This document shows, in pieces, positions 10,028 through 21,677 of a stretch of DNA of 64,000 nucleotides (positions are counted from its first letter, which is position 1; each line of letters starts with the position of its first letter). A program made the translations under genes and the position numbers. The notes under the pieces were generated by a model that saw only the letters and a list, made by a program, of their open reading frames with translations, made no database searches and had not been told where the DNA came from. The stretch spans positions 14,952-78,951 of the forward strand of contig CANQVX010000007.1 in the NCBI GenBank assembly GCA_947627355.1, written 5' to 3'. The stretch is from an uncultured Bacilli bacterium. GTDB lineage: Bacteria; Bacillota_I; Bacilli_A; RFN20; CAG-631.

Positions 10028-10423
10028 ATGTCAAGAAAAAGATTAAAAAGTGAGATATATTCAATAATTGAATATAGTTTAATTAGCACCGGCATTATTT
10101 TTTTAATTCTTTTAATTTGTAGTTTAATTTTTAAATTTTATTATGCCATTGCTTTATCTTTTTTGATTGCTAGTTTAGTTGGTTGTGCTTTGTTTTATTT
10201 TTTTGATTATCAAGTAAGTAAAAGCACTGATCGAATGCTAAGACAAACTATAAGGCTTAATTTTATCACTAGAACATTTGTATATATCGCTTGTATGGTT
10301 GGTTTGTTTTTTATATTTAAACGAAATGTTTGGGTGGTAGTTGCTACTGTTTGTGGTTATTTAGTAAACAAAGTAGTGATTATTTTTATATATTTAAAGG
10401 GTGGAAAGAAGAAACAAAAATGA
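10028..10423 (+). CDS. atpI: ATP synthase protein I-like small membrane protein
   Basis: 131-aa multi-TM protein immediately upstream of atpB, stop overlapping atpB ATG. Confidence 0.5.
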   Translation: MSRKRLKSEIYSIIEYSLISTGIIFLILLICSLIFKFYYAIALSFLIASLVGCALFYFFDYQVSKSTDRMLRQTIRLNFITRTFVYIACMVGLFFIFKRNVWVVVATVCGYLVNKVVIIFIYLKGGKKKQK

Positions 10424-11160
10424 AAAAGATTTGGGATTACATTGTTCATGATATGCCTGCGGAACTAATAGTTTCTCTTTTCGTCATGCTTATAATTGCT
10501 ATTATTGCAATTATTTTAGGACACGCCATTAAAAAAGCCGATCCTACAAAAGCACCTAAAGGCCTAGCTTTTGTTGCTGATTTTCTAGTTGAACATAGCA
10601 TGAATTCAGTAGATGGAACACTAGGAACCGCTTATGAAAAATTTGTTCCTTACTATATCTTTTTGATTTTATTTATTCCACTTTGTTTTGTTAGTGGTTT
10701 ATTTAGTTTACCTTCTCCAATTATGTATTTTTCAATTCCTTTAACTTTAGCAATTGTTTCCTTTTTAGGAATTCAAATATCATCTATTTATTATAACAAA
10801 TGGAGCTATTTAAAAGGATTCACTGATCCTTTGCCACCATGGCTTCCAATTCTTGCTCCAGTTAACTTACTTGGAAAAATTGCTCCAATTTTATCATTAT
10901 CAATTCGTATGTTTGGTAATGCAATTGCAGGTTATATGCTGATGACCTTGGTTTATTGGGGTACAGGAACTTTATCAGATAGTATCATTAATGCCTTACA
11001 TTTATCGGCTAATGGTATCAATTTTGTTGGTGTCTTTGTAGCACCATTTCTCCATGCTTATTTAGATATTTTTTCAGCATTTATTCAAACTTTAATATTC
11101 GTAACATTAACAATGTTATTGATATCGGTTGAAATTCCGGCTCCTGTAGCAAAAAAATAA
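10420..11160 (+). CDS. atpB: F0F1 ATP synthase subunit a
   Basis: multi-TM with conserved LSLSIRMFGN region (essential Arg); in-frame ATG at 10420 overlapping atpI stop. Confidence 0.85.
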   Translation: MKKIWDYIVHDMPAELIVSLFVMLIIAIIAIILGHAIKKADPTKAPKGLAFVADFLVEHSMNSVDGTLGTAYEKFVPYYIFLILFIPLCFVSGLFSLPSPIMYFSIPLTLAIVSFLGIQISSIYYNKWSYLKGFTDPLPPWLPILAPVNLLGKIAPILSLSIRMFGNAIAGYMLMTLVYWGTGTLSDSIINALHLSANGINFVGVFVAPFLHAYLDIFSAFIQTLIFVTLTMLLISVEIPAPVAKK

Positions 11161-11190
11161 AGAAACTAAAAAGAAAGCGAGGGTTTCACA

Positions 11191-11463
11191 ATGTTAGAAT
11201 TTTTAGTTAGTATGATGCCAATGCTTGCTGATTTAAGTGTTGGAAAAGGTTTAGCTGCCATTGGTGCAGGTATTGCAGTATTAACCGGTTTAGGTTCAGG
11301 TATTGGGGAAGGTAATATTGCCGCTCATGCCATGGATTCAATTGGCCGTAATCCTGAAGCTGCTGATGTTATTCGTAAAAACATGATTTTAGGTATCGCA
11401 CTTGCCGAAACCACTGGTATTTATGGCTTTGCCATTGCTTTTTTAATTATATTTGTTATGTAG
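11191..11463 (+). CDS. atpE: F0F1 ATP synthase subunit c
   Basis: two-helix hairpin with GIGEG loop and conserved carboxylate in ALAETTGIYG. Confidence 0.85.
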   Translation: MLEFLVSMMPMLADLSVGKGLAAIGAGIAVLTGLGSGIGEGNIAAHAMDSIGRNPEAADVIRKNMILGIALAETTGIYGFAIAFLIIFVM

Positions 11464-11478
11464 TTAAGGAGTACTTTT

Positions 11479-12018
11479 ATGATTAGATGGCTTATTTTAT
11501 CGGGCCTTGATGATCTTAAAACTATTGGCGATAAATTGTTTCCTGATTGGAAAACAATGCTAATTCAATTAATTGCTACTATTATTTTATGTATTATTTT
11601 AGCCAAGTTTTTAGTAAAACCTGCTAAGAACTTCATAAGAAAAAGAAGAGAATATATTCAAAATAATCTTGATGATGCTAAATTAAAACAAGAAGAAGCA
11701 ACTAAAAAATTACAAGAGGCTGAACAAGAAATCAAAAATAGTAAGCAAACAAGTAAAGAAATCATTGAAGAAGCTAAAATTTCGGCTTTAAATGAAAAAG
11801 ATAAAATCATCTTTGAAACTAAAAAAGAAGTCCAATTAAGAAAACAAAAAGCTGAACAAGAAATACTTCAACAACAAAAACAAATGCAAGAAGAATTATC
11901 TAAAGAAGTCGTTGATATTGCTATGCAAGCAGCAACTAAAGTTATTAATAGAGAGATTAATCAAGACGATAACGAAAAATTAATCGAAGATTTTTTAAAG
12001 GATGAAGATGAATCATGA
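11479..12018 (+). CDS. atpF: F0F1 ATP synthase subunit b
   Basis: N-terminal TM then long charged coiled coil, operon position. Confidence 0.8.
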   Translation: MIRWLILSGLDDLKTIGDKLFPDWKTMLIQLIATIILCIILAKFLVKPAKNFIRKRREYIQNNLDDAKLKQEEATKKLQEAEQEIKNSKQTSKEIIEEAKISALNEKDKIIFETKKEVQLRKQKAEQEILQQQKQMQEELSKEVVDIAMQAATKVINREINQDDNEKLIEDFLKDEDES

Positions 12019-12581
12019 ATGCTATATTTTTGCGTTATGCTATAGCACTCTTTTCGCTTGCAAAAGAAGAAAATAAAATCGAGACTTATTTAGATGAAGC
12101 AAATCAATTAATCGATATCATAAACGAAAATGAAACGTTGATAACATTTTTAAAAGACTATGGTATTGAAGTAAATGAAAAAAAGAAAGTTCTAGAAACA
12201 ATCTTTAAAGATAAAATTCAAAACAATTTATTGTATTTTTTATATGTTGTTGTTGATAACCAAAGAGGAAAATATTTAAAAGAAATATTAACTGAATTTG
12301 TTAAATATACTTATAAAACTCTTAATGTTCAAACTGGAATTATTTATTCAACTATCCCTTTAAAAGAAACTGATATCAAAAAGATTGAAAATAAAGTTGA
12401 AAAAATTATGAATTCAAAAATAAAACTTAAAAATCAAATTGATACAAATTTAATCGGTGGCTTTAAAATTGTGGTAGGTTATACAGTTTTTGATAATTCC
12501 ATTTTAAATAAAATTCAAAATCTAAAAAAAGATATTTTAGATAAAATCGGAAAGGAGGATTTCAATGAAAATAAATCATAA
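12015..12581 (+). CDS. atpH: F0F1 ATP synthase subunit delta
   Basis: 188 aa, operon position between b and alpha, overlaps both. Confidence 0.75.
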   Translation: MNAIFLRYAIALFSLAKEENKIETYLDEANQLIDIINENETLITFLKDYGIEVNEKKKVLETIFKDKIQNNLLYFLYVVVDNQRGKYLKEILTEFVKYTYKTLNVQTGIIYSTIPLKETDIKKIENKVEKIMNSKIKLKNQIDTNLIGGFKIVVGYTVFDNSILNKIQNLKKDILDKIGKEDFNENKS

Positions 12582-14073
12582 TGAAATTAGTACTCTAATA
12601 AAAGAACAAATCAAACAATATTCTCAAAAACTTGAACTATTAGATACTGGTAAAGTTATGTCTATTGGTGATGGAGTCGCTGTTGTACATGGACTTAAAA
12701 ATGCTATGCTTAGTGAACTAGTTGTCTTTAAAGATGATATCTATGGCATGGTTTTAAATCTTGAAGAAGATTGCGTTGGTGTTGTTTTATTAGGTGATGA
12801 TTCTCAAATAAAAGAAGACGATATTGTAACAAGAACAAATAAAATCATTGAAATTCCTGTTGGTGATGGCTTTTTAGGAAGAGTTGTAAATGCTATTGGT
12901 AAACCAATCGATGGTTTAGGACCAATTGAAAGCACTAAAACTAGACCAATTGAAAGAATTGCTTATGGTGTAATTACAAGAAAATCGGTAAGTGTACCAT
13001 TACAAACTGGCATCATGGCAATTGATTCTATGATTCCAATTGGTAGAGGACAAAGAGAATTAATCATTGGCGATAGACAAACTGGAAAAACAGCCATAGC
13101 TATTGATACCATCATTAACCAAAAAAATAAAAATGTTAAATGTGTTTATGTAGCGATTGGTCAAAAAGCTTCAACGGTTGCTCAAGTAGTTGAAAAGTTA
13201 AGAATTCATGGCGCTCTTGAATATACGACAATTGTTTCATCAACTGCTAGTGAAATGGCTTCACTTCAATACATTGCTCCATATGCTGGAATCACTCTAG
13301 CTGAAGAATGGATGGAAAAAGGTGAAGATGTTTTAATTGTTTATGATGATTTAAGTAAACACGCTGTTGCTTATCGAACATTATCTTTACTTTTACGTCG
13401 TCCACCTGGAAGAGAAGCTTATCCTGGTGATGTCTTCTATCTACATTCTAGATTACTTGAAAGATCTGCTAGGTTAAGTAAAGAATATGGTGGTGGTTCA
13501 ATTACAGCCCTACCTATTATTGAAACATTAGCTGGTGATATATCAGCATATATTCCTACTAATGTTATTTCAATTACTGATGGTCAAATCTTTTTACAAA
13601 CTGAACTATTTAATGCTGGCCAAAGACCGGCAATTGATACTGGTTTGTCAGTTTCAAGAGTTGGCTCAAATGCCCAAATAAAAGCTATTAAACAAGTATC
13701 AGGAACACTTAAAATTGAACTTGCAAACTATCGAGAAATGCAAGCATTTGCTCAATTTGGTAGTGATTTAGATAGAACTACTAAAGAAACACTAGAACAT
13801 GGAAGCAAAGTTATGGAAATGTTAAAACAACCACAATATGCTCCAATGGATGTGTATGATCAAATTCTTGTTTTGTTTGCTGCTAGACATCGTTTTATTA
13901 AACCTGTACCAATTCATAGAATCAAAGAATATCAAACAAGTTTACTAGATATGATGCATGCAAAACATCAAGATTTGATAGAAAACATAAAACAAGAACA
14001 AAAAATAACTGAAGAAATAGAAAATAAACTAAAAGAAATATATCAAGAATTTACTAATCAATTTGTTTTATAA
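12565..14073 (+). CDS. atpA: F0F1 ATP synthase subunit alpha
   Basis: P-loop GDRQTGKT, 502 aa. Confidence 0.95.
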   Translation: MKINHNEISTLIKEQIKQYSQKLELLDTGKVMSIGDGVAVVHGLKNAMLSELVVFKDDIYGMVLNLEEDCVGVVLLGDDSQIKEDDIVTRTNKIIEIPVGDGFLGRVVNAIGKPIDGLGPIESTKTRPIERIAYGVITRKSVSVPLQTGIMAIDSMIPIGRGQRELIIGDRQTGKTAIAIDTIINQKNKNVKCVYVAIGQKASTVAQVVEKLRIHGALEYTTIVSSTASEMASLQYIAPYAGITLAEEWMEKGEDVLIVYDDLSKHAVAYRTLSLLLRRPPGREAYPGDVFYLHSRLLERSARLSKEYGGGSITALPIIETLAGDISAYIPTNVISITDGQIFLQTELFNAGQRPAIDTGLSVSRVGSNAQIKAIKQVSGTLKIELANYREMQAFAQFGSDLDRTTKETLEHGSKVMEMLKQPQYAPMDVYDQILVLFAARHRFIKPVPIHRIKEYQTSLLDMMHAKHQDLIENIKQEQKITEEIENKLKEIYQEFTNQFVL

Positions 14074-14092
14074 ATAAAAAGGAGGTGTCAAA

Positions 14093-14947
14093 ATGGCTTT
14101 AAGTATGCAACAAAGCAAAAATCGAATTAAGTCGATTCAATCGACAAAAAAGATAACTAAAGCGATGGAACTTGTTTCTACATCGAAACTTAAACGTGCC
14201 AAAGATATCTATTTTAAAATGACACCTTTTGAAAAAGAATTGCAAACTTTAATGAGTTGTGTAGTTTCTAATCTAGACAATAAAAAGAACATTTATTTCA
14301 ATAAAAATCTAAATAGCAAGAAAAAACTATACATCATAGTTACTTCAAGTCTAGGTTTATGTGGTGGTTATGATGCTAACATCTATCGGTTTATTGAAAA
14401 TAAGATTAATAAAGATAATGATGACTTAATTATCTTTGGTCTTAAAGGAATTCATTATTTTGCTAACAAAGGTTTTTCAATCATTGATAAACAAGAAGAA
14501 TTACCTCAATTCAATGTAAAAGAAAAAATTACCGATAGAATCGCTAAAATTGTGCAATCACAATATGAAAATCAAATCTATGAATCTATTTATATGGTTT
14601 ATAGTAAATATATTAATTCATTAACTTTTGAACCAACACAGGTTACATTACTTCCTTTAGATGCTAAAAAACAAAAAGTTAAGATGTCTAAAGAATTACT
14701 GATAGAACCTAGCAAAGAAGAAGTCTTAAAAGAATTAATTCCATTTTATTTAAACATGGAAATCAAAAAATATTTATTTGAAGCAATGTTATCCGAGCAA
14801 GCATCACGTAGAACTGCTATGGAAAATGCAACAGATAATGCTTATGAATTAGAAAATCAATTACTACTTGCTTATAACAAAGCAAGACAAGCAATGATAA
14901 CTCAAGAAATTAGTGAAATTTCTGGTAGTGCCGATGCACTTAAATAG
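14093..14947 (+). CDS. atpG: F0F1 ATP synthase subunit gamma
   Basis: 284 aa, conserved gamma N- and C-terminal helices, operon position. Confidence 0.9.
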   Translation: MALSMQQSKNRIKSIQSTKKITKAMELVSTSKLKRAKDIYFKMTPFEKELQTLMSCVVSNLDNKKNIYFNKNLNSKKKLYIIVTSSLGLCGGYDANIYRFIENKINKDNDDLIIFGLKGIHYFANKGFSIIDKQEELPQFNVKEKITDRIAKIVQSQYENQIYESIYMVYSKYINSLTFEPTQVTLLPLDAKKQKVKMSKELLIEPSKEEVLKELIPFYLNMEIKKYLFEAMLSEQASRRTAMENATDNAYELENQLLLAYNKARQAMITQEISEISGSADALK

Positions 14948-14956
14948 GAGGTGTAA

Positions 14957-16357
<1,401 letters not shown>

Positions 16358-16362
16358 GAACT

Positions 16363-16740
16363 ATGAAACTAAAAATTGTAAACCTTGAAGGTCTTTATTT
16401 AGAAACTGATGTTGATGCTATTGTTGTTAAAACTACTAATGGTGAACTAACTATTCTAAATAAACATATTCCTTTAATAACTAATTGTACGATTGATGTT
16501 TTAAGAGTTATAAAAGATGGTAATGAAGAGTTATATGCTTTAGCTGGTGGTGTATTATTTGTCGATGAAAACGAAACAAAAATCATTACAATGGCTATTG
16601 AAAATAAAAAAGAAATTGATTTTAATCGAGCAGAAAATGCTAAAAAGAGAGCAGAAGATAGATTAAAAGATCCACAAAGTGATATTAAAAGAGCGGAAAT
16701 TGCTTTAAAAAGAGCAATGAATCGTTTATCATTAAAATAG
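16363..16740 (+). CDS. atpC: F0F1 ATP synthase subunit epsilon
   Basis: 125 aa, operon position, beta-sandwich plus helical hairpin. Confidence 0.85.
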   Translation: MKLKIVNLEGLYLETDVDAIVVKTTNGELTILNKHIPLITNCTIDVLRVIKDGNEELYALAGGVLFVDENETKIITMAIENKKEIDFNRAENAKKRAEDRLKDPQSDIKRAEIALKRAMNRLSLK

Positions 16741-16758
16741 CAAAGGAGTAATAAAAAT

Positions 16759-16977
16759 ATGATTACATTACTTATTTCAACAAAAGCTATCTTAAATCTA
16801 GTATGTTATGGTTTAGGTTTAGTTATCGGTGCTTATTTTTGTAAGTATATTGAACTTCAAAAAAAGATGAATACTGCAAACAAAGTAGGATTTTATTTTG
16901 TCTATGTTGTTTTAACTTGTGTGATTGGTTTTATTATTGGGGAATTTCTATTTAGACTAATTACTATGTTTATGTAG
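16759..16977 (+). CDS. small membrane protein (YwzB/DUF1146-like)
   Basis: 72 aa, two TM helices, directly after atpC as ywzB is in B. subtilis. Confidence 0.45.
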   Translation: MITLLISTKAILNLVCYGLGLVIGAYFCKYIELQKKMNTANKVGFYFVYVVLTCVIGFIIGEFLFRLITMFM

Positions 16978-16986
16978 GTATCTATT

Positions 16987-17556
16987 ATGTATTCCAAACA
17001 CAAACAATTAGAATATGATATTCAAACATTTTTAAAAAATCCTAAAACGTTTGAAGAAATAGATCAAAGAAACTTTTTTGATAAATATTTTGTAATTATC
17101 TTTTTACCATTTATTTTATCAATAGTTTTATTCTTATTTTTGTTACTCATAGGTTTTAATAAATACATGCCAGCTATTTATATACTACCTATGCTATATT
17201 TGATATTTTTATATTTTTGTTTAGTTGAATATTTATCATTCATTCAATTATTTAAAAATTATCCTGAATTTGCTTATGTATATTTTCTTGCAAAGAATGA
17301 TAAAGAAAAGAAAAAAGATTTTTCATATGATAAAGCTGTTCAAAAATTATATAATCAGTTAACTAAACATAAAATAATTGCAAAAAAAAGACTTAAATAT
17401 AAGTTTCTTATAGGACTTCCTACTTATATAACAATCTTAATGATGATTATACTTGGCTGTCCTGAAGCATCACTTGTTATCATTGCTGTTAGTGTAATTT
17501 ATCTATTTTATTTTTTAATCGAAGTTATCATGCGATTTGGTGGAAAAGGAGAATAA
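16987..17556 (+). CDS. hypothetical multi-TM membrane protein
   Basis: 189 aa, very hydrophobic, no family recognised. Confidence 0.45.
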   Translation: MYSKHKQLEYDIQTFLKNPKTFEEIDQRNFFDKYFVIIFLPFILSIVLFLFLLLIGFNKYMPAIYILPMLYLIFLYFCLVEYLSFIQLFKNYPEFAYVYFLAKNDKEKKKDFSYDKAVQKLYNQLTKHKIIAKKRLKYKFLIGLPTYITILMMIILGCPEASLVIIAVSVIYLFYFLIEVIMRFGGKGE

Positions 17557-17581
17557 AATTCTTCTTTTTTTATGCAAACTC

Positions 17582-17612
17582 TTGACACAGTCGGGGGGGG
17601 GTTAAACTAAGA
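17582..17612 (+). promoter_or_regulatory. candidate promoter with G9 homopolymer in the spacer (possible phase-variable switch)
   Basis: TTGACA 17582-17587, G9 17593-17601, TAAACT 17603-17608 (spacer 15 nt as it stands). Confidence 0.4.
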
Positions 17613-17633
17613 TTGAAAGTGAGAGTAGATATT

Positions 17634-18605
17634 ATGAAAAAAGCATTTAAATTAGTTTTAAAATTATTAGTTATTGCCGTTTCTATCGGAGGTTTTTCAT
17701 ATTTAGGTTATCATATTTATAACCGTTATTTTGTGGGATCTAATGCCGATAAACCTAAAGTTTTAGCTGTTGTTAAAAATGTTTCATTTAATTCTAAAAC
17801 AAACATGTTAACATGGAGTAATGTTAATCATGCGGATTCATATATTGCAAACATAAATGGTGTAGAATACAACGTTCAATTGAATGAAATGAACTATGTT
17901 CCCGTTTCAAACAAAACAGAATTCAAAGTTAAACCAGTTGATTCAACAGGAGAATATGCTTCTCCAGGCTGGTCAAAAACTTACACCTACACTTTAAACA
18001 ATGAGTTTTCTTACTCAAAAGTTAGTTCTTATATAAATGACGCTTTGCCAACAAATGATTTAAAGAAAGTTATTAGTGCTTATGTTAAAGATAACAGTTT
18101 ATACACAAATTGCTACTTTACAAAAAATGGCACTGATAAAATGATGAAATTACAAATTAAATATAATACAGAAGTTTCATCAATTGCAGATTGTATAAAT
18201 ACTGGATACAGAAGTGTAACGATAAAAAACACTTACTATGTAGCAAACTATGACTCTGCAAGTTATCTTCTTCAATCAAATTCTTTTGTTGGTGAAATGG
18301 AACAAAGAAGACTAGAAGGATATAATTTCACTGTAGTTGCCAGTCAAGTTGGAAAAGTGGAAGATAGTACAGATTATCATATCTTTGCAACATATAAACT
18401 TACAAAAGGTGATGATGTTAAATATATAGAGAGTAACATTTTGTGTGGAGTAAAAAATCCATCATATAATGAAAAAACTAATTTTACAACAAATCTTTTA
18501 AATATGAATAATAGAATAGTTTATGAAGATTCATACACTGAACTCAAAGGCGATGAAATAATCTTTGCTAAAAGCATGGATGAAGTACAAATTCAAAAAT
18601 ATTAA
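17634..18605 (+). CDS. hypothetical membrane-anchored extracellular protein
   Basis: N-terminal TM/signal anchor KLLVIAVSIGGFSYLGY; ATG 17634 preferred over TTG 17613 of the ORF track. Confidence 0.5.
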   Translation: MKKAFKLVLKLLVIAVSIGGFSYLGYHIYNRYFVGSNADKPKVLAVVKNVSFNSKTNMLTWSNVNHADSYIANINGVEYNVQLNEMNYVPVSNKTEFKVKPVDSTGEYASPGWSKTYTYTLNNEFSYSKVSSYINDALPTNDLKKVISAYVKDNSLYTNCYFTKNGTDKMMKLQIKYNTEVSSIADCINTGYRSVTIKNTYYVANYDSASYLLQSNSFVGEMEQRRLEGYNFTVVASQVGKVEDSTDYHIFATYKLTKGDDVKYIESNILCGVKNPSYNEKTNFTTNLLNMNNRIVYEDSYTELKGDEIIFAKSMDEVQIQKY

Positions 18606-18680
18606 ATCCTAGATTTACCAATTATTTCCATCAAGCATTGTTTTTAGATATTTGGGAAAAATGATGTTGAGGTGAAAGCA

Positions 18681-19346
18681 ATGAAAAGATTTTTAAGATG
18701 GTGTAAAGAAGCAAAGTTTGGATTAATACTAGGTGCTATAGCATTTGTATTTATATTAAGCATTTCTTTAATTGCTACCAATAATAAGAAAACAAATCAA
18801 GTGGCTAAACTTCCATCTTCATCAATAAATAGTTCTAGTACTGGAAATTCTTCTACTAGTTCTAGTAGTAGTTCTACTTATATAAATTCAATAGTTAAAG
18901 AAAAACTAATAAAACCATTTAAGGTTGACGCTACTATTTCTCGTTATTTCTTTGATGATGAAGATCCTATGGAAATAAAAAGCCAAGCAATTGTAACTTA
19001 TCAAAACAAAGTTTTACCAAGTCAAGGTGTTGATTACACCTATAATGATGAAGCTTTTGATGTAATGGCTGCTTTTAGTGGAAAAGTAATAGCTAAGAAA
19101 AATGATCCAATGTATGGACTTAGCATTGCAATTGAACATACTAGTGGTGTTGTAGCTTATTATTGTGGTCTTACTGAAGTAAATGTTATGCAAGATGAAA
19201 ACATCACTCAAAACACTATTTTAGGTAAGGCTGGAGAAAGCGTTATCAATGCTAAATTAGGTAAACATTTACACTTTGCAATTCAAGTAAATAATAATTA
19301 CATAAATCCATTAAAATCTTATGATAAATTAGTCGAAGATTTATAG
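18681..19346 (+). CDS. membrane-anchored M23/LytM-domain protein with degenerate first metal-binding motif (SpoIIQ-like)
   Basis: N-terminal TM, Ser-rich linker, C-terminal GKHLHFAIQ (HxH) motif but no His in the HxxxD position (YNDEAFD); GGTGA RBS before ATG 18681. Confidence 0.6.
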   Translation: MKRFLRWCKEAKFGLILGAIAFVFILSISLIATNNKKTNQVAKLPSSSINSSSTGNSSTSSSSSSTYINSIVKEKLIKPFKVDATISRYFFDDEDPMEIKSQAIVTYQNKVLPSQGVDYTYNDEAFDVMAAFSGKVIAKKNDPMYGLSIAIEHTSGVVAYYCGLTEVNVMQDENITQNTILGKAGESVINAKLGKHLHFAIQVNNNYINPLKSYDKLVEDL

Positions 19347-19373
19347 AAAAAAATGCACTTGTTGCATTTTTTT
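19347..19373 (+). terminator. rho-independent terminator
   Basis: A7-ATGCA-cttgt-TGCAT-T6. Confidence 0.6.
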
Positions 19374-19412
19374 GTTGCGGCCAATCCCTATGATTTTAGC
19401 CAATAAAAGTAT

Positions 19413-19441
19413 TTGACTAGAGGTGAATATTATTATATAAT
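19413..19441 (+). promoter_or_regulatory. consensus sigma-A promoter TTGACT-17-TATAAT
   Basis: -35 19413-19418, -10 19436-19441, RBS AAGGAG 19470-19475. Confidence 0.65.
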
Positions 19442-19483
19442 ATTTTCTAGAGAAATTATTTTTTTAGCAAAGGAGCATGAAAA

Positions 19484-20953
19484 ATGAATAATAAGTTAAA
19501 AAAAGTTTTAGCTAGTATTTTCGTCCTAACTCTAGTTGCTGCACCTTTATATGGTTGTGGCGGTGACAAGGCTTCTTCTTCAAGCAAGGTAGAAGAAAAT
19601 CCGGTAAAAGTTACATTAAATAGAAAAATGTACTTAATAGGCGAAAGTCTAGATGTACAAAAAGTTGAAGTATATCGTGAAGCTTTAGGCTTCTATAACA
19701 CAGTATCAAACTACACTGTTGCAAATGATGGTTGGAACCAATCAGCAGGTCATAAGAAAGTAACTATCAGTGCTGGTTCAGAAAAGGCTACTGTTGAAGT
19801 TGATGTTTATGAATCTGCAGCTGCTGCAGCTGAAGCAAATTCTATTTATGATGAAAATGGAGATATGAGCAAATACTTCGACGAAACAAAAGTAATTAAT
19901 CTTAATAGAAACACATTAAGAAAAGAAACAATCTTAGGTGAAGATAAAGACGGAGCCCCTCTTTTAAGATCATTTGTTGGAAGTAAGACTACTTCTTCAT
20001 TAAATAAAGAAGGCGCTGGTCCAGTTGATATTTGGACCGCTGATTCAAGCAATCCAAATCGTTCAATTTTACAATATGAATTACATCCAGAAATTCCAGG
20101 AAACGAAAGAGCTTTTACTACTCCACATACAAGAGTACATAAAGTTGATGTTCTTGATGACAAAGGTGAAAAAACCGGAGAAGAATCATGGAAATGGATG
20201 TTTGCTTCTTATGATGCAGCTCAATGGCGTACCGAAATGATTTTTGATAAAGATGGTAAAATTGCTTATATGGCATTTTGTATGCCAGATAACTCTTGGA
20301 CAGCAGCAGCTGGACATCCTCATACAACAAGATGGTATTCACATTCTGAATTTGCAGAAACAAAAGTAAAAAATCCAGCGCTTCTATTTGAAGAAGATGA
20401 AACAAACGTACAAACACTAGTTTCTAGAATGTATGAACCAGTTACATTTGATGTAACTCAAGAAGATTCTAATGGTTTTGCTGATAAATACTTCTATGAA
20501 AAGATCATCCCTGAAGGTGGTTTCTATATGATTTTAACTAACCAAGAAGCTAGCACAGTATGGCAATGGTGGACTGGTGATGAAACACAATCAATCGATG
20601 ATGATCATGCAGCTTCTATTTGTACACAAGCACAAAGAGATAAAGGTGCTGATGAATATCGTGGAATTTTAGATCCAGGAAGTAAGAGAGCAAACTTCTA
20701 TGCCCCATCTACTTTACAACAACAATATGCTTATTGGTATCTTGAAATCATTAAAGGTTCAGAAGAACATGCAACCGAATATGCAGAAGTAGCTGAAACA
20801 AGAAAAGAAATTTATAAATTATTAGTTGAAGCTGCTAACCCTGTAGTTGAAGAAGAACCTGTTTTAAAAGATTACTATGATACTACAGTTCAAGCTAAGA
20901 TTAAAACTTGGGCAAATGCAGTTCAAGATATTCAAGAAAGTTTAGCTGCTTAA
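19484..20953 (+). CDS. lipoprotein, function unknown
   Basis: signal peptide with lipobox LYGC; 489 aa. Confidence 0.6.
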   Translation: MNNKLKKVLASIFVLTLVAAPLYGCGGDKASSSSKVEENPVKVTLNRKMYLIGESLDVQKVEVYREALGFYNTVSNYTVANDGWNQSAGHKKVTISAGSEKATVEVDVYESAAAAAEANSIYDENGDMSKYFDETKVINLNRNTLRKETILGEDKDGAPLLRSFVGSKTTSSLNKEGAGPVDIWTADSSNPNRSILQYELHPEIPGNERAFTTPHTRVHKVDVLDDKGEKTGEESWKWMFASYDAAQWRTEMIFDKDGKIAYMAFCMPDNSWTAAAGHPHTTRWYSHSEFAETKVKNPALLFEEDETNVQTLVSRMYEPVTFDVTQEDSNGFADKYFYEKIIPEGGFYMILTNQEASTVWQWWTGDETQSIDDDHAASICTQAQRDKGADEYRGILDPGSKRANFYAPSTLQQQYAYWYLEIIKGSEEHATEYAEVAETRKEIYKLLVEAANPVVEEEPVLKDYYDTTVQAKIKTWANAVQDIQESLAA

Positions 20954-20974
20954 TAGAGAATTTAACTGAAAGAG

Positions 20975-21000
20975 AAAAAGCCATGCAAATGGCTTTTTTA
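20975..21000 (+). terminator. rho-independent terminator
   Basis: AAAGCCAT-gcaa-ATGGCTTT + T-run. Confidence 0.65.
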
Positions 21001-21011
21001 ATGGAAATAAA

Positions 21012-21617
21012 ATGAAAACGATAAAAGAAACAGTTACTAATACAATTATTATAGATAAATCTAAATTTATCACATATTTGATACCTATAAATAACAAACA
21101 AGATTTACAAGATAGCCTTGCATCCTTAAAAAAACAATATCTAGATGCAACGCATATTTGTTATGCCTCAATTTATCTTGAAAATGATTTGCAATGTTAT
21201 AAATCATCAGATGATGGTGAGCCTTCTAATACTGCTAAAGTTCCTATTTTAAATGCTTTAAAACAAAATGATTTGAATAATGTTTTATGTGCAGTTATAA
21301 GATACTTTGGTGGTATTAAATTAGGTGCCGGAGGATTATGTAGAGCTTATGGCAAATCATGTTTAGAAGCCATTAAATTAGCAACTATCATTGATATGAT
21401 TTATTGTGATGTTTATCAATTTAAAGTTCCTTATTCAATGGATAAAATGATTAGTTATGCTTTAAAGAATTTAGATTGCATTGTTTTCAATAAAAATTAT
21501 GATATTGATGTTTTATATGAAGTATGTTTTAAAAATAGTGATGAATTAAATCAATTTAAAACTAACTTTAATATCCTTGAATTAAAGATTATAAATAAAG
21601 TACTAGTTAGCCGTTAA
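21012..21617 (+). CDS. YigZ/IMPACT family protein
   Basis: 201 aa with IMPACT-like N-terminal domain (ATHICYAS region). Confidence 0.55.
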   Translation: MKTIKETVTNTIIIDKSKFITYLIPINNKQDLQDSLASLKKQYLDATHICYASIYLENDLQCYKSSDDGEPSNTAKVPILNALKQNDLNNVLCAVIRYFGGIKLGAGGLCRAYGKSCLEAIKLATIIDMIYCDVYQFKVPYSMDKMISYALKNLDCIVFNKNYDIDVLYEVCFKNSDELNQFKTNFNILELKIINKVLVSR

Positions 21618-21648
21618 ATTATCGATTTTATCGACAAATTATAAAAAT

Positions 21649-21677
21649 AAAGAGCACTCAGTGCTCTTTATTTTTTT
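21649..21677. terminator. bidirectional terminator between convergent genes
   Basis: AGAGCAC-tca-GTGCTCT flanked by A-run and T-run; overlaps stop codon of the minus-strand gene. Confidence 0.6.
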
